Virus record (IMG/VR): IMGVR_UViG_3300025274_001348
Coordinates: 20,543 to 84,542 of that record
DNA: 64,000 nt
Reading direction: 5' to 3' (one strand)
From: a virus
The number at the start of each line of letters is the position of its first letter. Positions within the stretch are counted from its first letter, which is position 1. The notes under the pieces were generated by a model that saw only the letters and a program-made list of their open reading frames with translations, did no database searches and was not told the DNA's origin. Both the position numbers and the translations under genes were made by a program. Positions 55,765-64,000 of this stretch are shown one piece after another.

Positions 55765-57668
55765 GTTGGGTTCCCTTACATATGCACACGCATTATAGCC
55801 TTCTAGACGGTCTTTCCAAACCCTCACAGGTTGCAAATTGTTGCTCCGAATTTGGGTATAACGCCTGTGCGATAACAGACCATGGGACTATTTCTGGCGC
55901 TGTTGCTTTCACTCAAGCGATGCAGAAAAAAAGTATCAAGCCGATCATAGGGTGTGAATTTTATCTAAGCCAACAGTCCTGCAAGATCCAAGACAAAAGC
56001 AATAGACAGTTAAGTCACTTAGTTGTCTTGGCTAAGAATCATCAGGGGTGGCTAAATTTAATTCAAGCAACATCCAGAAGTAACGATGAGGATATTTTCT
56101 ATTTTAAACCCCGGTTAGACTTGGAGACGCTTGGGGAATATACGAATGGCAACCTGATTGCTTTTAGTGGACATCTCGGCAGTGATTTAGCCAATATCAT
56201 CTTTTCAGATTATAAATCTGCATATAAAGCCTCTACAGAAGCAGAGGTTAAGGAACATGTTGATCCAGACTGGGAATTAAAAGTTCTTAATAAGGCAAAC
56301 TTGTATAAGGATATCTTTGGTAAAGAGAACTTTCTTATCGAGATTCAGTGTATCGATGAAGAAAATTCCCCAGCAGCCAAGCTGGTAGCACAGGGGTTAC
56401 GATACGTTGCCAAAAAATATCACATACCTACGGTAGCTACAGCAGACTCACACTATCCAACCAAAGCTGACGCTTCCGACCACACGATTTTGCTCTGTTC
56501 GGCAATGAAGACAACCCTAAGAGGGATTAAGAAAAAAATAGCTGACAACGAGGACGTGGGGTTTTCTGGTTTTTTGAAGTCTAACAATTTTCATATCCCT
56601 TCTCCAGAAGAAATGAAGGCGTTACACACAGAAGCAGAACTGGAAAACACTGTTATGGTTTCTGATATGTGCGAAGAATATAACATATTAAACGCCCCCA
56701 CCCTGCCTAAATTTGCTTGCCCAAACTCCTCGAAAGAAGAGGATCACTTGAAGCAGCTATGCCGAGATGGATGGCGTGACACTTTGTTGAACAAAGGGAA
56801 ATTAACAGATGAAAACACGCAGGTTTATCTGGATAGGGTCACTAAAGAGCTAGATGTCATAAGCGATGCAAACCTTTCAGGATATTTTTTGATCGTTAAG
56901 GATATCGTAGATGAGGTTAGGCGTCGAGACTGGCTTCCGGGTCCGGGTAGAGGGTCTGCTGCTGGCTGCTTAGTTTCTTACTTGATGGGTATTACCCAAG
57001 TTGATCCAATAGAGCATGGATTATTATTTGAACGATTTTATAACGTGGGTAGAAACACCGCTGATCACGTCTCGCTTCCCGATATTGATATTGATGTTCC
57101 TGCCACAAAACGAGACGAAATAATTGACTATATAAGAGAAAAGTACGACCCTAAAAAGGTCGGGCAGATGGTTACGTTTGGTAGATTACAGGGGCGCAGC
57201 GCGCTGAAGGAAGTGCTAAGAATGAATGAGGCTTGCTCGTTTGATGAGATGAACACAATCACCAAAAGCCTACCACACGAACATGAAATCTCAGACCTAC
57301 TAGCAGACATGGATAATCCTTCGGTTATTCGCTGGACCTTAATAAATCAACCGGATTCTTTACGGGATTATTGCAGAATCAACGATCAAGGAGAATTGGA
57401 AGGTGACTATTCTAAACTCTTTGAACAGGCTATGCGAATCGAGGGAACTTTTAAATCTCAAGGGAAACATGCCGCAGGTGTGATCATTTCTCTACATAAC
57501 CTCAGTGAGGTTTGTCCCATGGTCAGAAACAAGAAGGGGTCTGAAAAAATAGCCGGTATGGAAATGAACGATCTTGAAGCAATGGGGCATGTTAAGTTTG
57601 ATGTACTCGGCGTTTCTTTGTTAGATAAAATCATGGGAATCAGTAAACAGGTTAATGAAAGAAACTAA
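55761..57668 (+). CDS. dnaE: DNA polymerase III alpha, N-terminal fragment (PHP plus palm)
   Basis: HMHTHYSLLDG, TDHG, GPGRGSAAG, LLFERF, PDIDID, HAAG, KFDVLG. Confidence 0.93.
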   Translation: MSWVPLHMHTHYSLLDGLSKPSQVANCCSEFGYNACAITDHGTISGAVAFTQAMQKKSIKPIIGCEFYLSQQSCKIQDKSNRQLSHLVVLAKNHQGWLNLIQATSRSNDEDIFYFKPRLDLETLGEYTNGNLIAFSGHLGSDLANIIFSDYKSAYKASTEAEVKEHVDPDWELKVLNKANLYKDIFGKENFLIEIQCIDEENSPAAKLVAQGLRYVAKKYHIPTVATADSHYPTKADASDHTILLCSAMKTTLRGIKKKIADNEDVGFSGFLKSNNFHIPSPEEMKALHTEAELENTVMVSDMCEEYNILNAPTLPKFACPNSSKEEDHLKQLCRDGWRDTLLNKGKLTDENTQVYLDRVTKELDVISDANLSGYFLIVKDIVDEVRRRDWLPGPGRGSAAGCLVSYLMGITQVDPIEHGLLFERFYNVGRNTADHVSLPDIDIDVPATKRDEIIDYIREKYDPKKVGQMVTFGRLQGRSALKEVLRMNEACSFDEMNTITKSLPHEHEISDLLADMDNPSVIRWTLINQPDSLRDYCRINDQGELEGDYSKLFEQAMRIEGTFKSQGKHAAGVIISLHNLSEVCPMVRNKKGSEKIAGMEMNDLEAMGHVKFDVLGVSLLDKIMGISKQVNERN

Positions 57669-57916
57669 TGTCAACAACATATAGAGAATTTATTGAAAAC
57701 GAGATCTATAACGGGAGACATGTGGATTATAGAGGTGTGTCTATATGTTGTATTAACGATTTTTATGAGTTAAAAACTGGCAAAATTAAATATCAGGTTC
57801 ATTGTGACGATATTAAAAATAAGTTCAGTCACTTGTATAGCAATTTGTACACTGCTATAGATAAGTTCATGTCAATTAGACGAAACCTAATGCGTTATAA
57901 AGGAGCTAGTCATTAA
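57668..57916 (+). CDS. Hypothetical protein
   Basis: TAATG coupling to dnaE-N. Confidence 0.55.
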   Translation: MSTTYREFIENEIYNGRHVDYRGVSICCINDFYELKTGKIKYQVHCDDIKNKFSHLYSNLYTAIDKFMSIRRNLMRYKGASH

Positions 57917-58595
57917 TTTTCACGATATTATAGTATTTGACTTTGAAACTGGCAGTCGCAACCCCTCTAAAACTCAGCCTACACAAATCGCAGCAGTTGC
58001 GATCCATGGCAGAAAGCTAACTATTCAGCCAAACGGCTATTTTAATAGCGAAATGAGACCTATTCTTGACGACGAGAAAGCAATAGAAAAAGGCTTCGAT
58101 CCCCTAGAAGACGAGGCTTTGGATATTACTCGAAAAACAAGGGCTGCTTTAGCCAAGGCTCCGTCTCCCAAAACGGTTTGGAATAAGTTTGGCAACTTCG
58201 TAAACAAGTATAATTGGAAAAAGACGCCGTATTTTGCGCCTATAGCTTCTGGTTATAATATCAATGGATTTGATATGATTATTGTGGACAGGATGTGTGA
58301 ACAATTTGGTCCTTACGATAAAGAGCGAGGACAACAAACTCTATTCAATAAGATTCATAAGATAGATGTCATGCCGTTGGTGTGGGGATGGCTTGAAAAT
58401 AATAAGGATATCAGGTCTTTAAGTTTAGATTCTCTCAGGGACTATTTTGGAATGTCTAAAGATAATGCTCATGATGCATTACAAGACGTAAAAGACACTG
58501 CTAACTTATTGATTCGGTTTTTAAAAATGCAACGTAAATTTGCATCCAAAGTACAATTTGAAAAGGCTTTTGCTGATGGATCAAAAGAACTTTAA
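57912..58595 (+). CDS. DEDDh 3'-5' exonuclease (DnaQ-like), probable ATT start
   Basis: VFDFETG (ExoI), GYNINGFD (ExoII), HDALQD (ExoIII); ExoI lies upstream of the first ATG; AGGAG SD 6 nt before ATT 57912. Confidence 0.85.
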   Translation: MNFHDIIVFDFETGSRNPSKTQPTQIAAVAIHGRKLTIQPNGYFNSEMRPILDDEKAIEKGFDPLEDEALDITRKTRAALAKAPSPKTVWNKFGNFVNKYNWKKTPYFAPIASGYNINGFDMIIVDRMCEQFGPYDKERGQQTLFNKIHKIDVMPLVWGWLENNKDIRSLSLDSLRDYFGMSKDNAHDALQDVKDTANLLIRFLKMQRKFASKVQFEKAFADGSKEL

Positions 58596-60162
58596 TATTG
58601 ACGATTTAGACTATACCGACCAGCAAACATGGGATTTAATTTGTGCTGGTAGAACTAAAGGCGTATATCAACTAGAGAGCAACCTAGGTAAATCTTGGGC
58701 CAAGCGGGTCAGGCCGAAGAATATTGAAGAATTAGCTGCTTTGGTAGCCCTCATTAGGCCGGGATGCTTAAAAGCTATCGTCGATGGTAAGTCTATGACC
58801 CAGCACTATGTTGATAGGAAACACGGTCAGGAAGAAACTACCTATGTTCACGAATCTTTAGAGCCAATCTTGAAGAGCACACAGGGGGTGCTTGTTTATC
58901 AAGAACAATCCATGGAAATTGCTCAGAAAATTGCGGGGTTCAATCTGGAGGAAGCGGACAACCTGAGAAAAGCTATCGGTAAAAAACAGGCTGATCTAAT
59001 GGCTCGGATTAAGAAAAGGTTTATTGAGGGAGCAGTTAATGAATCTATTGTTTCTAGAGAAGCAGCGGAGGAGATATTTGGATGGATCGAAAAATCCAGT
59101 CGCTATGCTTTTAATAAGTCTCATGCTGTTTCCTATGCTATTTGTGGCTATTGGTCTGCTTATGCTAAAGCGCATTATCCACTAGAGTTTTACGCCAATT
59201 ATCTCAAACACGCAAAAAATAAACCAGACCCACAGCAAGAAGTCAAAGAGTTAGTATCTGATGCTAAGATGAGTGAAATTCATGTTCAGCCCCCATCTAT
59301 CGATAAACTGAATGAAGAAACCGAAATAATCAATCAAAAAATTCATTTCGGATTGAAGGACTTAAAGTCCATAGGAAACAATCAAATTAACAAGCTAAAA
59401 TTAGCCCTGTCCGAAGAAAACGATGCGTGTGATAATATCTCAGGTTGGACGTGGTACGAATTTCTGGTTAAACTGTCACACAAAATTAATTCCTCAACAG
59501 TAGTCGCTATGATTTCCGTAGGAATGTTTGGACATACTAAAATTAGTAGGAATAAGATGCTGGACGAGTTTGACACATGGGAAAAATTAACAGCCAAAGA
59601 AAGAGATTGGGTATCTTCTCAACATGAAAAATGGGACACCCTGACTAAAGCAATGAAAATGCTTGCTCCCAAAAAGAAGGAGGGTGGGGGCACTTTTAAC
59701 GATGCTAGAAGCCAAATTGTCAAAGACCTCACTTTGCATCTCGATAATCCCGCGTATTCTCTAGACGATACTCCCGACTGGGTTGCCCAGACAGAACAGC
59801 AATATTTAGGGGTTTCTATTACCTACTCTAGAGTAGACTCATGTGATACTAGCTCTGCCAATACTACATGTAAGGAATTCGTTAACGGCGGTAGGAAATC
59901 GGCAGCTTTAGCTGTATCAATTAATGCGGTTAGAAACTACACAGTTAAAAAGGGAAAGATGAAGGGAGAAGACATGGCTTTTCTAGAGGTAGAAGATCAC
60001 AGTAGCCCCTTGGATAATGTCGTGATTTTCCCCGAAAATTTGGAAAAGTATAAGAACCTTCTCTACGAGGGCAATACCGTCCTGTTATCGGGAAACAGGT
60101 CTAAAAAAGAAGGACAGAGAAACAATGATAGCTTGGTTATAGAGAGGGTGCGGCAGATTTAG
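58576..60162 (+). CDS. dnaE: DNA polymerase III alpha, C-terminal fragment (fingers, HhH, OB)
   Basis: GVYQLES, ALIRPG, GVLVYQEQ, ADNLRKAIGKK, YAFNKSHA, MAFLEVED. Confidence 0.93.
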   Translation: MDQKNFNIDDLDYTDQQTWDLICAGRTKGVYQLESNLGKSWAKRVRPKNIEELAALVALIRPGCLKAIVDGKSMTQHYVDRKHGQEETTYVHESLEPILKSTQGVLVYQEQSMEIAQKIAGFNLEEADNLRKAIGKKQADLMARIKKRFIEGAVNESIVSREAAEEIFGWIEKSSRYAFNKSHAVSYAICGYWSAYAKAHYPLEFYANYLKHAKNKPDPQQEVKELVSDAKMSEIHVQPPSIDKLNEETEIINQKIHFGLKDLKSIGNNQINKLKLALSEENDACDNISGWTWYEFLVKLSHKINSSTVVAMISVGMFGHTKISRNKMLDEFDTWEKLTAKERDWVSSQHEKWDTLTKAMKMLAPKKKEGGGTFNDARSQIVKDLTLHLDNPAYSLDDTPDWVAQTEQQYLGVSITYSRVDSCDTSSANTTCKEFVNGGRKSAALAVSINAVRNYTVKKGKMKGEDMAFLEVEDHSSPLDNVVIFPENLEKYKNLLYEGNTVLLSGNRSKKEGQRNNDSLVIERVRQI

Positions 60163-60226
60163 TGCAAAAACCCCTACGAAGTAGTATTTTTAAGTAGTTA
60201 CTTGTAAAAAATTGGAGGATCTCGTA

Positions 60227-60628
60227 ATGAACAACATCACAAATGATTGTCGTTTTCTAGGAAGACTCGTTTCCGATCCAAATCTAATTAAGACTAAAAA
60301 TGATGTGGATCTGGTTACTTTTACACTAGCGATTCCTGAATATCGTAAGGAAAGAACCGGAGAGAAAAAAAGAAATGTGAGCTATTTTGATTTTGAAGCT
60401 TGGGATACCGGGGCTACTACTATTGCTAAATATACACGAAAAGGGGACGAAATTTTTGTCCACGCTTCTGCTAGACCAAATAACTGGACAGACAAGGCTG
60501 GTCGAAAAAACTATCAGGTAAAGTTCAGAGTGAAGGAATTTAAACTGTTCAATTATCATAGCGACGACAAAGAGACTGGAGACGCCCAAGAAGAAGAAGT
60601 AACTCAGGAGGAGTTTAATACTGTGTAA
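60227..60628 (+). CDS. ssb: Single-stranded DNA-binding protein
   Basis: GRLVSDP, FTLA, EAW, KGD, acidic tail. Confidence 0.88.
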   Translation: MNNITNDCRFLGRLVSDPNLIKTKNDVDLVTFTLAIPEYRKERTGEKKRNVSYFDFEAWDTGATTIAKYTRKGDEIFVHASARPNNWTDKAGRKNYQVKFRVKEFKLFNYHSDDKETGDAQEEEVTQEEFNTV

Positions 60629-61144
60629 ATGAACAACTCTAGCAAAAAATATCAATCTCAATCCGAGCTTGAGGAACAGTTAATACTAAAGCATTACGGG
60701 TTAGCTGTTTCTCAAGCTCTTAGATTTATTGGCAATGATAAACAGCTTCTTGAAGATTACATTCAAGTGGGTTTAATAGGATTATTGAAAGCGGTAAGAA
60801 AATACGACGAAAACCGATCCAAATTCTCCACGTTTGCTACAACATGTATAAAAAACGAGCTTATAAACTTTGTCAATCGATCACTCAAACGAGACAAAAA
60901 GGTTAACGTGATTTATAACAGTGATCTTCTTTCAACCCTTTCTGAAAAGTATGCTACCGATCCAACAGACTGTTTTGAAACCATTAATGACTTGTTCACA
61001 GAAGAACAAAGGTTTATCATCACAAAAAAAATTCAAAACATTCCCGATGAAGAAATATCTCAAGCAATCGGTTGTTCCAACGTTGCTCTCAAGGACAAGA
61101 TAAGAGATATAATCGGTACGATTAAAGGATCTTATGCGCGATAG
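60629..61144 (+). CDS. Phage sigma-70-like factor
   Basis: EDYIQVGLIGLLKAVRKYDENRSKFSTFATTCIKNE; degenerate region 4 (DEEISQAIGCS). Confidence 0.85.
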   Translation: MNNSSKKYQSQSELEEQLILKHYGLAVSQALRFIGNDKQLLEDYIQVGLIGLLKAVRKYDENRSKFSTFATTCIKNELINFVNRSLKRDKKVNVIYNSDLLSTLSEKYATDPTDCFETINDLFTEEQRFIITKKIQNIPDEEISQAIGCSNVALKDKIRDIIGTIKGSYAR

Positions 61145-62777
61145 AAAAAAGAAAATTTTACTTTGCTGTGAAGCCACCTATCTGAACACTGGCTATGCTA
61201 CTTATGGTAGGGAACTCATGAAGCGCCTCTACCAGAGTGGGAAATACGAATTGGCTGAATTTGCTAGCTACGGTGAGGCTGATGATCCTAGGGCAAATAC
61301 CATACCTTGGAAATTCTATCCCAATGCTCCAGATCAAAACAATCCAGCACAGGTTGAAGAATACCATAGCAATGGGACCAATCAATTTGGAGAGTGGAGA
61401 TTTGAAAGCGTACTTTTGGATTTCAAGCCTGATATAGTATTTGATATACGAGACTTTTGGATGGTGGATTTTCAAGAGAGGTCACCGTTCAGAAAATTCT
61501 TTCATTGGGTGGTCATGCCAGCCGTAGATGCTTTTCCACAAAATGAACAGTGGTTAGCTACATATGCTAATGCTGACGGAGTTTTTAGCTATTCAGACTG
61601 GGGATTCGAAACCTTAAGAAACGAAAGCAATAATAAAATTAATTGCCTTGGGTCCGCGCCGCCCTCCGCAGATGCGGCCTATAAACCGGTTGCCGATAAA
61701 GATCAACACAGGATATCCATGGGATTCGAGCCGGATATTAAGATCATCGGGACTGTAATGCGAAACCAGAGGAGAAAATTGTTTCCCGATTTGTTTGAAA
61801 CATTCAGAAAGTTTCTAGATATGTCGGGAAGAAATGACGTATATTTATATTGTCATACTAGCTATCCAGATGTAGGATGGGATATTCCCAAGCTTATTAA
61901 TCAACACGGTCTATCGTCCAAGACAATTTTTACATACGTATGTATGGACTGCAAGCGAGCCTTTCCAGCATTTTTTTCTGACGCAAGAACACAATGCGCG
62001 ATTTGCGGAAGCAGCAGGGCGGGGCTGTCAAGCGTGCAGAAAGGGGTGTCATACGAGTTCCTGTCTTCAATTATGAACCTGTTTGACCTTTATATTCAAT
62101 ACGCAAACAGCGAAGGATTTGGTCTTCCTCAAGTAGAAGCCGCTGCCTGTGGTGTACCAGTAATGTCTGTAGATTATTCTGCAATGTCTAGCGTGATCAG
62201 AAAACTACAAGGGGAACCGCTAAAAATCAAAGGCTTGTATCAAGAATTAGAAACAGGGTGCAACAGGGCCGTTCCAGACAATGATTATTCAGCATTAAAA
62301 ATAAAGGAGTTTTTTGATCTCACAAGCGAAGAAGCTAATCAAAAAGGGGTTATTTGCAACGAAATGTTTCTGAAACATTATCAATGGGACATTACCGCAA
62401 AAATATGGTCTGATTATTTTGACAGTGTAGAAATTAAACCCGAGGAGGAGACGTGGATGTCACCCCCTAGAGTATACTCTCCGAGCAGAGAAATCCCCAC
62501 TGATATCAGCCCTAAAGAGTATGTTAAGTGGCTTATGGTAAACGTTCTATGTGAACCAGACCGTTTGAATTCATATATGGAATCTAGATTGATACGAGAT
62601 CTAAATTACGGGTTTCATATGGAGGGAACCGGTGGTATGTATTTTAACGAAGACGCGATGCAGTTTACTCGACCACAATTTGAGCCATTCGACAGAGAAA
62701 CCGCTTACGATTGCATGCTAGATCTTTGTCTCAGAAGAAATATTTGGGAGCAAAAAAGAATTGAGATGATAGGATGA
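61134..62777 (+). CDS. Glycosyltransferase (GT-B, family 4-like)
   Basis: TGYATY, MRNQRRK, EGFGLPQVEAAACGVP. Confidence 0.88.
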   Translation: MRDRKKKILLCCEATYLNTGYATYGRELMKRLYQSGKYELAEFASYGEADDPRANTIPWKFYPNAPDQNNPAQVEEYHSNGTNQFGEWRFESVLLDFKPDIVFDIRDFWMVDFQERSPFRKFFHWVVMPAVDAFPQNEQWLATYANADGVFSYSDWGFETLRNESNNKINCLGSAPPSADAAYKPVADKDQHRISMGFEPDIKIIGTVMRNQRRKLFPDLFETFRKFLDMSGRNDVYLYCHTSYPDVGWDIPKLINQHGLSSKTIFTYVCMDCKRAFPAFFSDARTQCAICGSSRAGLSSVQKGVSYEFLSSIMNLFDLYIQYANSEGFGLPQVEAAACGVPVMSVDYSAMSSVIRKLQGEPLKIKGLYQELETGCNRAVPDNDYSALKIKEFFDLTSEEANQKGVICNEMFLKHYQWDITAKIWSDYFDSVEIKPEEETWMSPPRVYSPSREIPTDISPKEYVKWLMVNVLCEPDRLNSYMESRLIRDLNYGFHMEGTGGMYFNEDAMQFTRPQFEPFDRETAYDCMLDLCLRRNIWEQKRIEMIG

Positions 62778-63907
62778 AGGTACTATATATTGGATGCTAT
62801 AGAGACGGAACCGGATGGGCACAAGCTGCCATCGATTACATTTTGTCTATGGATGCTGCTGGCATAGACGTAGTTCCAAGACCTGTCAAGCTTAACGACA
62901 GGCGTGTAGAGCCACCTAGCAGGATTCTTGAGTTAGAAAAAAAGAGCGATAGAGGTTGTGACATCTGTATTCAGCATGTATTGCCTCATATGTTAGATTA
63001 TAACGGGAGGTTTAAAAAGAACATAATTTTGTACGCTACGGAAACCGATAACTTCAAAAGATCTATCTGGGCCGAAAGAATTAACCAAATGGATGAGGCG
63101 TGGGTTATCAACAATGAGATGAAAATATGTTCAGAGGGAAGTGGTGTTACAATCCCGATAAAAGTTATTCCTCATGCATGCGATGTCGCTAAGTTTAAAA
63201 AAGAATACGAAAAAATAGATATTCCCAACTCAGAAGAAAATTTCGTATTCTATACGATAGGAGAGTTTACTCGTCGTAAAAATTTATCAACTCTCGTTAG
63301 AGCTTTTCATACTGAATTTTCTCCAGAAGAACCCGTATCAATTATGATTAAAACTAATCAGTACGGAACATCTCCAGAAGTTTGCAGAAATCAAGTTCGT
63401 GAAATGTGTCTCAATGTTAAAACCGGATTAAAACTTTATCCGTCTACAGATGATTATATAGAGGATCTAATTATAACAGATTATCTACAAGAAGAAATTG
63501 TCATGAGCCTTCATCAATCTTGTGACTGTTTTGTTATGCCCAGCTATGGAGAAGCGTGGTGCATACCAGCATTTGATGCTATGGGATTTGGTAATACTCC
63601 TATTTGCACAGACGTTGGTGGGATGACAGATTTTCTCGACGGCGGTGGAGGTATTTTGGTTAAGGGGAGATACGAGCCGGTGTTCGGCATGGTCGATACT
63701 TTCAATGATCTGTATACAGCAGGAGAAAATTGGAAATCTATAGATCCCGCCTCCTTGCAAAAAGCAATGAGACGTGTTTATAATTTATGGAAGGCTGACG
63801 ATCAGAAATATCACAACATGAGACAGCGTGGTATATCATCTGTAGAAAATTTCTCTCACAGGAACATAGGTAACCTAGTAAGGTCAATCTTAGAAGATGT
63901 CAATTAG
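62774..63907 (+). CDS. Glycosyltransferase (GT-B, family 4-like)
   Basis: RRKNL, PSYGEAWCIPAFDAMGFG, TDVGGM. Confidence 0.88.
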   Translation: MKVLYIGCYRDGTGWAQAAIDYILSMDAAGIDVVPRPVKLNDRRVEPPSRILELEKKSDRGCDICIQHVLPHMLDYNGRFKKNIILYATETDNFKRSIWAERINQMDEAWVINNEMKICSEGSGVTIPIKVIPHACDVAKFKKEYEKIDIPNSEENFVFYTIGEFTRRKNLSTLVRAFHTEFSPEEPVSIMIKTNQYGTSPEVCRNQVREMCLNVKTGLKLYPSTDDYIEDLIITDYLQEEIVMSLHQSCDCFVMPSYGEAWCIPAFDAMGFGNTPICTDVGGMTDFLDGGGGILVKGRYEPVFGMVDTFNDLYTAGENWKSIDPASLQKAMRRVYNLWKADDQKYHNMRQRGISSVENFSHRNIGNLVRSILEDVN

Positions 63908-64000
63908 TCCAGTATCATCTATAACCAGATCCGCTACAAGGCTTGATAACGAGCCTTTGAATATCTTAACCTTTCCTACCCATGAAAGGTATGAGACAGG
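63897..64000 (+). CDS. Start of next gene, truncated by the window end
   Basis: MSISPVSSITRSATRLDNEPLNILTFPTHERYET..., overlaps the previous stop. Confidence 0.5.
   Translation, partial: MSISPVSSITRSATRLDNEPLNILTFPTHERYET

Noticed and set aside
57600-58640. Split intein or group I intron explaining the dnaE break
   Set aside because: No Cys/Ser-start or His-Asn intein blocks; the intervening DNA is fully occupied by two ORFs, neither resembling a homing endonuclease
1-64000. Stop-codon reassignment (as in some jumbo phages)
   Set aside because: Conserved proteins are full length in code 11 and end naturally at TAA, TAG and TGA; no suppressor tRNA seen

Overview
This window is a 64-kb segment of a large (jumbo-type) dsDNA bacteriophage genome, roughly 40% GC by eye. 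About 95 tightly packed genes all lie on the + strand and use the standard code. Phage hallmarks include rIIA/rIIB, PhoH, a recA-dnaB-dnaG-dNMP kinase-thyX-split dnaE-ssb replication block, RNR/dUTPase/dCMP deaminase, three short sigma-70-like factors, a tmRNA and tRNAs. No ribosomal or other core cellular genes are present. A DUF1501 Tat substrate suggests a Planctomycetota (PVC) host, which is an inference. The auxiliary metabolic load is unusually heavy: acyl-CoA and 3-hydroxyacyl-CoA dehydrogenases, class I aldolase, GMP reductase, GlmS plus GNA1, Ugd, Fcl and many glycosyltransferases. The most notable observations are: (1) a translationally coupled four-gene basic-amino-acid catabolic cassette (single-domain HPPD-like dioxygenase, aldehyde dehydrogenase, amidino-hydrolase, lysine 6-aminotransferase); (2) just upstream of it, a D-arm-less tRNA(UCU)-like RNA whose missing D-arm appears replaced by a pseudoknot to the variable loop; (3) a rare tRNA-Ile(UAU); (4) an intein-free split DnaE interrupted by a proofreading exonuclease that must start at a non-canonical ATT codon; (5) a holin/amidase/dual-protease module; (6) a conformationally switchable RNA in front of guaC. 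All calls come from motif recognition by eye; no database searches were run.
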